From Thiocapsa sp. (GTDB lineage Bacteria > Pseudomonadota > Gammaproteobacteria > Chromatiales > Chromatiaceae), in NCBI GenBank assembly GCA_022340925.1, contig JAJDNA010000042.1, positions 45,612 through 109,611 on the forward strand: 64,000 nucleotides of DNA, in the 5' to 3' direction. The notes beneath the pieces are model-generated. The model made no database searches. It saw only the letters and a list, made by a program, of their open reading frames with translations, and had not been told where the DNA came from. The position numbers and the translations under genes are program-made. Numbering within the stretch: position 1 is the first letter of the stretch; each line of letters begins with the position of its first letter. Shown piece by piece: positions 18,649 through 27,212 of this stretch.

Positions 18649-20613
18649 TCATGCGGTGAGGCGCCTGAGCCAGGCCAGGATGCCCGGCTCTGCCTCCCAG
18701 ACGTCGCGCATCGCCTCTCGATACATCCAGGCCTGGTCGTCGCCACCGGGGGTGAGGCCGCCAGGACCCAGGCGCGGTCGCTTGATGCGCTTTCGCGTCA
18801 GGTACTGAGGAATGCGGGGCAAGCGGTGCACGGCGGTCGTGAGCACCAGGCGGGCACGGTCTTGTCGCCCGAGACGGTAGAGCGCCAACACCTCGCCGTA
18901 GGCCAGGTCGGCGAGCGCGTCGTTCGGGAAGCGTCTTGCCAATGCCAGCGCAAGCTCGTCCTCACCGTCGCGCAGGTAGTGGTTCATCAGCTCGGCGCGC
19001 ACGCCGTGGTTATCCTGAGGGTTGAGCCGCAGCAAGGTCTCGAGGGTCCGCGCGGCGTCCTCGGACTCACCTTCCTCGACCTGGCAGAGATAGAGTCGGA
19101 AGAGCAGACGCAGGGCCGGTCGATTGCGCGGTGACGACCAAGGGATCTGGTAAGGCGTATCGGGTGGGAGCACTCGATCCAGGATCGACCAGGCACGCTC
19201 CAAGAGAGGTCGCAGCAAGACATGCGAGATCCAGGGCAGGGCGCTCTCGGGGTGCACGTAGAGCGCCGTGGCCAGATCGTCGAGGGCTTCCAGGCTGTCA
19301 GCGAGCTGCGGGTGCCCGAACAGATACGCGAGCCAGTCCTGGTCGGCCCATGGTGCGGCGTCTCCGGCCGGAGTGAGATGGGTCGAATGGGGCTTGCCGG
19401 TCGGGAAGACGGCCTGCCAGGTCCTTTCGAGACGAGAGATCGAGGCCGGCGTGCTCAATTGCATCGGAATCGCCGCATGGCCCGCCTGTGCGTCGGTCGC
19501 CTCGTCGGGATGCGTGATCGGGATCGCACCAGCCGGGTCGTCGAATAAGGCGAGCTGACCCGGTGGCCGGGCGGCCCCTGATGCGCCAAGGGGGGTCAAG
19601 CGGTAATCCGGGAAGGAGCGGGTTTGAATGAGGGTGCACCAGTCGTGCAACTCTAGGATCCGAGGGTCCAGGACATCCGAATGGCTGTCGACCAGCGCGT
19701 TCTGGGGGTCGTCGGATGCGCGTGTCAGGAAATGGATGACGCCCGGGTGATCAAACCCGATTCGGCGAAACCGGTGCAACCAGACTCGGGCCCGTTCGCG
19801 AGCGATCCAGTCCTTATGTTGCGCTGCCAGGAGCGTGATCTCCAAGATGGCGGTGCCGGCATTGTCCGGGTCACTTCTCAGTGCCGCGGTGAAGGCCGCG
19901 TCCGCCCGCCTGTGATCGCCCTCGTCGATCGCCATCGTGCAGCGCCGCTGCCAGGCCGCGGCCTGCAGCGGGCGGGCGCCCTCGGTGCAGATCCGCTCCA
20001 GGAACCTTTGCTTCTTCCGCCAATGGTCGAGTCGATCGTAGGCGTCGCAGAGGATGTCGACGGCCGGCTCGAGCGCTTCCCCGAGCACATCGAGCCGATC
20101 CGAAAACAGGGGCTCCAGGAGCGCCACGGCACGCTTCGGGCGGTCCTCTTCAAGCCAGCGATCCGCGATGCGCGCGAGCAAGGGTTTCGGGACTGCATCC
20201 AAAGACAATGCCTCGCGGAGCCCATGCTCGGGAAGCTCGTCGAGCAGGATTTCCCAAACGAGGTCGGTCGAGAGCTCCGGCAGGTCCTCGATGGCGCCAC
20301 AGCAGTCACGGTAACGGCTGCCTGAGCCGCAGGGGCAGGGGGCGTCGGCCGGGTGTGGCACCATGGGTTGGGGTTGGAAGGCCTGTGTAGGCTGCGGCGT
20401 GGCGTTCCAGATCGCGGCGGCCAGCAGGTTGGCGAGCCGCCGACGCTCGACGTCGTCGAGCGGGGTGGCGGCCAGTCCGAGCATCTCCGGGAGGTGATCG
20501 CGTGCCCAGTCGAGAAAGCGGTCTGGATCCGGGGCGAGCAGGATCTGTCGCACCGAGCGCTGGATGATTTCCTCGAAGCGTTCGGAATCGGCGGTCTCGT
20601 AATCGGACATCAT
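18649..20613 (-). CDS. SEC-C motif protein with TPR-like C-terminal region, function unknown
   Basis: A tandem ATG ATG at 20613/20610 is preceded by [22 protein letters not shown] is a canonical SEC-C metal-binding motif near residue 100. The C-terminal helical repeats ([43 protein letters not shown]) look TPR-like. Confidence 0.7.
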   Translation of the reverse strand: MMSDYETADSERFEEIIQRSVRQILLAPDPDRFLDWARDHLPEMLGLAATPLDDVERRRLANLLAAAIWNATPQPTQAFQPQPMVPHPADAPCPCGSGSRYRDCCGAIEDLPELSTDLVWEILLDELPEHGLREALSLDAVPKPLLARIADRWLEEDRPKRAVALLEPLFSDRLDVLGEALEPAVDILCDAYDRLDHWRKKQRFLERICTEGARPLQAAAWQRRCTMAIDEGDHRRADAAFTAALRSDPDNAGTAILEITLLAAQHKDWIARERARVWLHRFRRIGFDHPGVIHFLTRASDDPQNALVDSHSDVLDPRILELHDWCTLIQTRSFPDYRLTPLGASGAARPPGQLALFDDPAGAIPITHPDEATDAQAGHAAIPMQLSTPASISRLERTWQAVFPTGKPHSTHLTPAGDAAPWADQDWLAYLFGHPQLADSLEALDDLATALYVHPESALPWISHVLLRPLLERAWSILDRVLPPDTPYQIPWSSPRNRPALRLLFRLYLCQVEEGESEDAARTLETLLRLNPQDNHGVRAELMNHYLRDGEDELALALARRFPNDALADLAYGEVLALYRLGRQDRARLVLTTAVHRLPRIPQYLTRKRIKRPRLGPGGLTPGGDDQAWMYREAMRDVWEAEPGILAWLRRLTA

Positions 20614-21165
20614 CAGCTCCTCCGCTGGATGGAGGCAATCTTGGGACCCGCCCATCGCCTGCCTGACGATCGCCCCGCGGCTGGGACCGCACCGCTGCAG
20701 CGTGTATCAAGAGTTCGGGTACGTTGTCACGGTCCAGGCGCGACTTCAGACGCTCGTCGTGCCACGTCAACGCATCATTGGCCGATCGGACGTTGACCCG
20801 ATTGTAAACCCTAAGGGTCTCGATTTCTCGATGATCTGACAGCGATGGGCGGTCTGGACGTCCCCGTGTGGAAACGGCGTGATGGGCAGCAAACGTGCTA
20901 ATGTCATGTCCGGCGTCACCCGACCGCCGCGGCCCGGCGTCGTCGGTCAGCGCCCGGGGGCGACTCTGAGGGAAGTGCTGAGAATGGTCAGCGCTTCCGG
21001 CGCGGGGCGTGCCGCTCGGGATTCGCGGCCAGCGCCAGGCACGTCGGATGATCGCAGAGGCCACCCGGCGTTCGTTCCGGATCTGCACGCATCCCGGCCC
21101 CAGTTGGATCCGCCTGACTGAGCTACTGCGCGAGACCTTGGCCCTGAATAATCCGCGGCGCCCCG

Positions 21166-24100
21166 ATGACTGAACCCAAGGTCAGAATCTTCGTCTCCTC
21201 GCCGTCGGATCTGGACCATGAGCGGGCCCTGGTCAAGGATGTCATCGATGCGCTCGCGCAAGAGTACCTCCCCTATTTCAAGCTCCAGTCGATCCTCTGG
21301 GAAGAGGAGGCATTGACCGCGGCGCAGAGCTTTCAGGCCGGACTGCTGCGGCCGTCGGAGTGCGAGATCGTGGTGGTCATGCTCTGGTCGAGGCTCGGGA
21401 CGCCGCTCGCGGAGGATCCCTACGGAGGGATGACCGGGACCGAGTGGGAGTTCATCGATGCGGTCAGGGCCTCTTCGCGAAGCGGCAGCCCGGAGGTCTT
21501 GGTCTATAAAAAGGCCGCGCCGCGTCTGGTGGACGTCAACAACACCGAGGCGACCCGGGAGGCATTGGCGGACCGGCACCGGCTGGATGAGTTCTTCCGC
21601 GCGCATTTCTTCAACCCCGATGGGAGCTTCAGCCGTGCCTTCCGCCAGTTCGGCAATGATCGTGCGTTACGGGATCTCCTTGATGCTCAACTGCGCAAGC
21701 TTCTGAATCGTCGCATTACCGCCGAACGGCGGCTGGTTTCCGCCGCCGGCGGCTGGCACGGCAGTCCTTTTCGAGCCGAGGGACCGTTCGAGCTGGGTGA
21801 CGATCGCGTCTTCACCGGCCGCGAGACGGAGACCCGTGAGGTGCTCGCGCGACTTGAGGCGATGCAGGGTCCCGGCCGCGGACTTCTGCTCGTGTCGGGC
21901 CCGAGCGGGGTCGGCAAGAGCTCCCTGATCCGCGCCGGGGTCTTGCCCCGTCTGGGGAGGCCTTTTCTGTTTTCGGGCATCTCCGGTTGCCGCTGGTCTC
22001 TCGTCGAATTGGATGATCGGGATCCGATCGAGTCGCTTGCCGCCGCGATCGCCACCGCTGGGATGCTGGGTCCAGCGCTGACTGCTTTCGGGCTCGACGT
22101 TTCAGGCTTGGGACGATTGTTGGTCAGCGAGCCGCAGGTGGCCGGTGAGCAGATGCGGGCCGCCCTGCTGCAGGCTGCCGATGATGGCGCGCCGCCGGAT
22201 GACGGTGTAGGCGGGAAACAGCAGCTCGCCGTCGTCGTGGATCCGCTCGATCGGCTGTTCCGCGAGCCGATTCTGCCGACCCCACGCGTCCAGGCGTTCG
22301 CCGCCGCTCTGGCGCTGCTCGCCGCCCAGGACGGCATCTGGGTGATCTCGACGCTGCGCAGCGATCACCTTCGTCACATAGCGGACATCCCCGCTCTCGC
22401 CGCCCACTTGGACGATCAGGGTTGGTTTCGGCTCGACCCACCGCCTCCGTCGAGGATTCGCCAGGTCATCGAGATCCCGGCGCGGGTCGCCGGCATCGAG
22501 TATGAAGGGATGGCGGGCGGCAGCGGGCGAGGCCTGGTCGAGGAGCTGGAGTCCGAGGCCAGTCGGCTGGTGCATTGGCCCGCCGCGCTGGAGCCGGCGC
22601 TGGACGAGATCTATCGACTGGCACTCGCACGATCCCGGGACGCGGACAGATCCCACTCGCAGCTTCTGACCCTTCGCGACTATCGGAGCGTCGGAGGGCT
22701 CTCGGGATCGCTCCTGAGGCGCGCGGAGGCCCTCTGGCAGCGCTTGGAGGAAGAGGTGAAGGATGCCCTGCCGATCCTGTGCCGGGGTTTGATCGCGCTC
22801 GAAGCGGGCGGCGCATCAGCGCCCAGCGCCCGCAGCGGCGATCTGCGCACCTTGACAAGCGACGCCAGGGCCAGGATGTTGATTGAATCCTTGATCGCCG
22901 CCCGCCTGGTAGTCGCAGACGGCGTAGCCGATCCGCCGAGTCATCTTGGCTGCCCCAGGAGCGCGCCGCGCTTGCTGGATGACCTGAGGCATCTCCTCAT
23001 CCGGACCGGCGATGATTGGCGTGAGCGATTCCGTGTCGGGGATGCATCCTCGGCGCGGGAGCCGTTGGTCGAGACCGAGCTCCGGACGGCAGGATCGGTC
23101 CAAGCCGCCGCCGGCGCCGAAGGGGTTGCGCGGTGGGACGAGTATCGTCCGATCGCCAGCTTTGCCCACCCGGCCTTGTTCGAGCGCTGGCGGCCCGTGC
23201 GTGACTGGCTGGCAAACCCAGACAACCGGGGCGACCTCATCCTGCGCTACCAGGTCTCGCGCCAGGCCCGTCTCTGGAAACGGACCGACTGCAATCGGGA
23301 ATATCTGCTGGGGGAGGCCGGCTTCGCAGCGGCGCGTCGCTTTGCCGATGCCCACGCGGACGAGTTGGAACCCTTGGAGCAGGAGCTCTTGGAGCAATCC
23401 CACGAAAATCTCCTGCTTCAGCGACGTCGCAACCGCTGGGCGCGGATCCTGGGTCTGACTCTGGTCGCTCTGCTGGTTCTGGCCACCACGGCCGCTTTCT
23501 GGGCCTGGGACGCCTCGCGTGAGGCAACGGTCAACCTGCAGCGCAGCCTCCTGAAGGCGGCCGATCTGGCCATCGCATGGGGCAATACGCCTGAGGCGGT
23601 CCGCCTCGCCCTGAATGCCGGTCCCTACCTTCCGGAGGAGGCCACCGATACCCTCAGTCGCGCCTTCACCACGAACCGGCTGATCGCGATGGTCCAGTCC
23701 AAGGTCCTGCCTGGCGATCAACCCCAGCGGCCTGCGTTTCGTGACGACGGCGAGCGCCTGGTCACGCAAGCCCGGGGCGAGGGTGCGCAGCTCTGGGCGC
23801 TGCGCGAGCAGAGCTTCCAGCCGCAGAGGCGCCTGTTCGGTCCGGAGACACCGATCCACTCGGTTCGCTTCGTCGGTGACGGGGAGGCTCAACTGATCCT
23901 CGGCATCGGTGAGACCGGGGTTTGGCGGCTCCCGCTCGAGTCCGCTCAGGCGGCGGACTGGACCTGTGGTGCACCGGCGGAGAGCCCGATCGCACTCGAC
24001 GCAGAGGGGCGCTTCCTCGCACTCTCGCATGAGGCTCCGCGCGATCGATTCGCGATCTGCGTCTTGGCCCTGGATGAACCCGGCAAGGTCCTCTGGGACC

Positions 24101-26037
24101 GGTCTGTGCATGCGAGCCAGGTGCGCAGCCTGGCCTTCGAGCCGGGGGGGGCTCTGCTGGTCACGGCCTCGCGGGATGGATCGGCGCGGGTGCTCGAGAC
24201 TCTCACGGGGACCGAACGCCTGGTGCTGCCGAAAAGCGGTCCCCTGGGGCGGCCGGTGAACCACGCCGAATTTGACCCGACCGGACAGCGGGTCGCGGTC
24301 TCCTCGGCCGACGAGCGGATCCGCGTCTACGATCTTGATGGCCGGCAGCTCGCCGACCTCGGCGTCGTTACCCGCGACGGCAGCCGTCTGCGAGTCCACA
24401 AGTCGGCGGTGCGGGAATCCGCCTTCTCGCCGACTGGCCGGTATCTCGTCGCCGGCGATGACGGAGGGCAGGTCGTCCGTTGGGATCTGGAGAGCGGACA
24501 GGCGGAGATCCTCGGCCATCATGGTCTCAGTGTCGAGCATGTGCGGATTTCGACCAGGGGCGGTGACGACAGCCCCGAGCCTCTGATCCTGACCGCATCG
24601 CTCGACAAGACGGCGCGACTCTGGGGGTTGCTGACCGGCAAGGAGATCGCTGTCTTCAGTCATGATGCTGCGGTCTCGGAGGCGCGTTTCAGTCGTGACG
24701 GGACACGTGTGTTGACTTACTCGGATCTCGACGGCTCCGCACGGCTCTGGTCGGTCAAGCCGACCGAGACATTGGCCTCTCGTCTTCCCAGCGCAGATCA
24801 TGTCTGGCATCTGGCAATGGCCACGGGAGCCGACGGCCCCATGACCGTCCTGCTGGCCACCGCTGCCTTCGACGGCCGTGTAGAGGTGTGGATCCATGAT
24901 CGGCGTGCCGAGACCCTGCCGCCGGTGCGCATCTGGAGCTTGTCGGGTCATCAAGGACGAGTCCGCCGTGTCGCCTTCTCGCCATCGGCCAAGTACCTGG
25001 CCAGCGCCGGCCACGACGGTGCAGCCTGGGTCTGGAACCTGACGACCGGCGGGGGCTGCCGGTTGCCGGTGGCGGCCGAAGGGGTTGCGTGCCGACCGGA
25101 TGGCGGTCGCGCCTGTCCCTATGTTCACCAGGTCCTTTTTTCACCGGATGAGCGCTGGTTGCTGACCACGTCCAGCGATCCGCGGCAGCCGGTGCGTCTC
25201 TGGGATCCCCGGGCCTGTGGACCGCTGGTGGACTCACCGCGGTGGGCCGAGGGCGGGGTCGCGGCGCAGGCAGGGGCGGTCTCGGTGGGACAGGATGGAG
25301 TGACCCAGGTGGCGATCGGAGACGACGGCGGGGGGGTGCGTGTGATGCGTGCCGGACCCGGGAGTGATTGGGTTCAGGTGTGCTCGGAGCAGTTGCATCG
25401 CGAGGCGGTGACCGAGGTCGCCTTTGCACCGGATGGGGGCTCGCTCGCCTCATCCAGTGAGGACGGGCGGGCTGCCTTGGTGTCCCTCACCGCCGGGCGA
25501 TGCGGTCCCCCGCGCTATCTGGAGCCCGAGGCCGGAGCGCTCTACGGCGTGCGCTTTGCGCCGGACGGAGCGGCACTGGTGACCGCGGCCTTCGCGGCCA
25601 AGGCGCATGTCTGGAGCCTCGACGGTGCCCTTCTCGCCGAGCTTTCCGGTCACAAGGATCGGATCTATGCGGCAGAGTTCAGCCCCGATGGTCGCTGGCT
25701 GCTCACCGCCTCGCGAGACGGCTCGGTGCGCCTCTGGCAGCGCCCGACGACTCCGAGCACCGAGCCGGTCGGGTCCTATCTGACCCTGGCGGCGGACCTG
25801 GGCGGGGTAGCCTACGCCGGCTTCAGCCCCGACGGGCATACGCTCGCCGCGGCCTACTGGGAGAACGCGACCCTCCTGTGGCGGCTTTGGAACGAGGCCG
25901 GGACCCCGGATCGAGCGCTGGTGTCTCTGTGGGGCCGCGACCGCGCACGCCTGGCCCTGATTCGCGAGGCCAACCGCTTCCGGAGCGAGAACCGGCTCGA
26001 TCCGAGCACGGGTCCAGCCGCCGGCTCGACCGATTAG
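21166..26037 (+). CDS. NLR-like STAND protein: DUF4062/TIR-like N-terminal domain, P-loop NTPase, single TM helix, C-terminal WD40 beta-propellers
   Basis: 1623 aa.
- Residues 1-120: RIFVSSPSDLDHER...CEIVVVMLWSRLG...TGTEWEFIDA...VLVYKK resembles Pfam DUF4062.
- Walker A: GPSGVGKSS (21898-21924).
- Walker B-like: LAVVVDPLDRLF (about 22222).
- Post-NTPase segment: HPALFERWRPVRDWL...LLGEAGFAAARRF.
- Hydrophobic helix: ARILGLTLVALLVLATTAAFWAW (23440-23508).
- At least 12 WD40-like blades: ASRDGSARVLE, SSADERIRVYD, ASLDKTARLWG, AGHDGAAWVWN, ASRDGSVRLWQ and others. Confidence 0.85.
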   Translation: MTEPKVRIFVSSPSDLDHERALVKDVIDALAQEYLPYFKLQSILWEEEALTAAQSFQAGLLRPSECEIVVVMLWSRLGTPLAEDPYGGMTGTEWEFIDAVRASSRSGSPEVLVYKKAAPRLVDVNNTEATREALADRHRLDEFFRAHFFNPDGSFSRAFRQFGNDRALRDLLDAQLRKLLNRRITAERRLVSAAGGWHGSPFRAEGPFELGDDRVFTGRETETREVLARLEAMQGPGRGLLLVSGPSGVGKSSLIRAGVLPRLGRPFLFSGISGCRWSLVELDDRDPIESLAAAIATAGMLGPALTAFGLDVSGLGRLLVSEPQVAGEQMRAALLQAADDGAPPDDGVGGKQQLAVVVDPLDRLFREPILPTPRVQAFAAALALLAAQDGIWVISTLRSDHLRHIADIPALAAHLDDQGWFRLDPPPPSRIRQVIEIPARVAGIEYEGMAGGSGRGLVEELESEASRLVHWPAALEPALDEIYRLALARSRDADRSHSQLLTLRDYRSVGGLSGSLLRRAEALWQRLEEEVKDALPILCRGLIALEAGGASAPSARSGDLRTLTSDARARMLIESLIAARLVVADGVADPPSHLGCPRSAPRLLDDLRHLLIRTGDDWRERFRVGDASSAREPLVETELRTAGSVQAAAGAEGVARWDEYRPIASFAHPALFERWRPVRDWLANPDNRGDLILRYQVSRQARLWKRTDCNREYLLGEAGFAAARRFADAHADELEPLEQELLEQSHENLLLQRRRNRWARILGLTLVALLVLATTAAFWAWDASREATVNLQRSLLKAADLAIAWGNTPEAVRLALNAGPYLPEEATDTLSRAFTTNRLIAMVQSKVLPGDQPQRPAFRDDGERLVTQARGEGAQLWALREQSFQPQRRLFGPETPIHSVRFVGDGEAQLILGIGETGVWRLPLESAQAADWTCGAPAESPIALDAEGRFLALSHEAPRDRFAICVLALDEPGKVLWDRSVHASQVRSLAFEPGGALLVTASRDGSARVLETLTGTERLVLPKSGPLGRPVNHAEFDPTGQRVAVSSADERIRVYDLDGRQLADLGVVTRDGSRLRVHKSAVRESAFSPTGRYLVAGDDGGQVVRWDLESGQAEILGHHGLSVEHVRISTRGGDDSPEPLILTASLDKTARLWGLLTGKEIAVFSHDAAVSEARFSRDGTRVLTYSDLDGSARLWSVKPTETLASRLPSADHVWHLAMATGADGPMTVLLATAAFDGRVEVWIHDRRAETLPPVRIWSLSGHQGRVRRVAFSPSAKYLASAGHDGAAWVWNLTTGGGCRLPVAAEGVACRPDGGRACPYVHQVLFSPDERWLLTTSSDPRQPVRLWDPRACGPLVDSPRWAEGGVAAQAGAVSVGQDGVTQVAIGDDGGGVRVMRAGPGSDWVQVCSEQLHREAVTEVAFAPDGGSLASSSEDGRAALVSLTAGRCGPPRYLEPEAGALYGVRFAPDGAALVTAAFAAKAHVWSLDGALLAELSGHKDRIYAAEFSPDGRWLLTASRDGSVRLWQRPTTPSTEPVGSYLTLAADLGGVAYAGFSPDGHTLAAAYWENATLLWRLWNEAGTPDRALVSLWGRDRARLALIREANRFRSENRLDPSTGPAAGSTD

Positions 26038-26093
26038 ATCGACCCTCGACCTCCATCCTCCGACCGGCAACCTCTGAACACTGAAACGTTTCC

Positions 26094-26996
26094 CTAACCC
26101 TGGGTGAGTGCCAATACCCCGAGCAGCATGACGGCCGATCCGATCAGCTTGGCGATCGGATGGGTCTCACGGAAGAACCGGCGTCCGAGCAGCACCGAAA
26201 AGACGCCGGCCGTGCGTTTGACCGCCATGGCATAGGAGGCCAGGGTCAGGCTGAGCGCGATCTGGTCGGCGATGCGCATCAAGGCGAACAGGCCGCCAAG
26301 CACGAGCAATGGGCGCGCTTGGTGTCGCGTCTGGTCGGTGAAGATCCGGGCATAGAAACCCCGATCGTGAAGCGTGAACAGGACGAAGAGCACCAATGGG
26401 TTGACGATTGCGACGACCACGGCGAAGGATAAAGGGTCGCTCAGCTGGATGCCGATGCGTCCGAAGACGCTGGCCGCGGCGAAACAGGCGGCGGCGCACA
26501 CGGCGAGGCGGCTGCCGGGGTCAGTAACGAGTCGCTTGAACGGGAGCGACCAGCCTACCCGACGGTCGCTGAGGCTCAGGATATAGCTGCCGGCGACCAG
26601 GAAGGCGATGCCAAGCACGCCGACTGCGCCGGGCAGCACGCCGGTCAGGACCCACTCGATCAGGATCACGAAACCGGGTGTGAACGTGATCATCGGGCCC
26701 ACCAGTGAGACCTCGCTCTTGTGGATCGCGGCGTTCAGCGCCCAACCACCCAAGGCGGACAGCACCCCGCCGCAGAGCACGGCCAGCAGATACCGGGGCT
26801 CGTGAAACGGGAACTGGTGGTTCCAGACGATCAGCGGCAGCGTGATCGCCAGGCTGATGAGGTTGACATAGAAGGTCAGGACCTCGGCCGAGAAGCTGAG
26901 GCCGAGGTGCTTGGTGACCGCGAGGCGGGAGGCATGAAAGAAGGCCGAGGCCAGCGAGAACAGGATCCAGAGGTGGGCGAATGCAGACAGGTCCAT
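26094..26996 (-). CDS. EamA/DMT-family transporter
   Basis: The ATG at 26996 (MDLSAFAHLWILFSLASAFFHASRLAVTKHL) gives 300 aa with about 10 TM segments and the two-EamA-repeat pattern. Confidence 0.8.
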   Translation of the reverse strand: MDLSAFAHLWILFSLASAFFHASRLAVTKHLGLSFSAEVLTFYVNLISLAITLPLIVWNHQFPFHEPRYLLAVLCGGVLSALGGWALNAAIHKSEVSLVGPMITFTPGFVILIEWVLTGVLPGAVGVLGIAFLVAGSYILSLSDRRVGWSLPFKRLVTDPGSRLAVCAAACFAAASVFGRIGIQLSDPLSFAVVVAIVNPLVLFVLFTLHDRGFYARIFTDQTRHQARPLLVLGGLFALMRIADQIALSLTLASYAMAVKRTAGVFSVLLGRRFFRETHPIAKLIGSAVMLLGVLALTQG

Positions 26997-27212
26997 CCGG
27001 TGGGAGTGCAGTGAGGCTCGGCCTGGATACGGGCGCCAAGCTGGCGCATGTTGTGCCACGCCCATCCGACATGGCTGAGTCGATCAGCTTTGGCGACTGC
27101 TCAGGATCATACACCGACAAAGGCGCACGCATGGGCCCTCCGACCCGGAAAAGGCGCTCTCCCCAAGCCGGTCGAGCAGGCCGCACGAGATGCGCCCTGC
27201 GCCCCCTTGCTC

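Noticed and set aside
18460-19134. 224-aa ORF as an intact gene
   Set aside because: Only the first ~55 residues resemble YgiQ. The remainder is antisense to the SEC-C gene and lacks radical-SAM motifs. It is called a remnant instead.
20306-21606. ORFs of 260, 219, 147 and 80 aa in the spacer upstream of the STAND gene
   Set aside because: They overlap the starts of the flanking real genes or each other, are Arg/Pro/Gly-rich, lack SD sequences and have no motifs. The region is treated as a non-coding control region.
22816-25128. 770-aa minus-strand ORF inside the STAND gene, plus several 100-250-aa ORFs in 21458..26084
   Set aside because: They are antisense or out of frame relative to the 1623-aa gene, whose Walker motifs and WD40 blades validate the plus frame. 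No independent motifs were seen.
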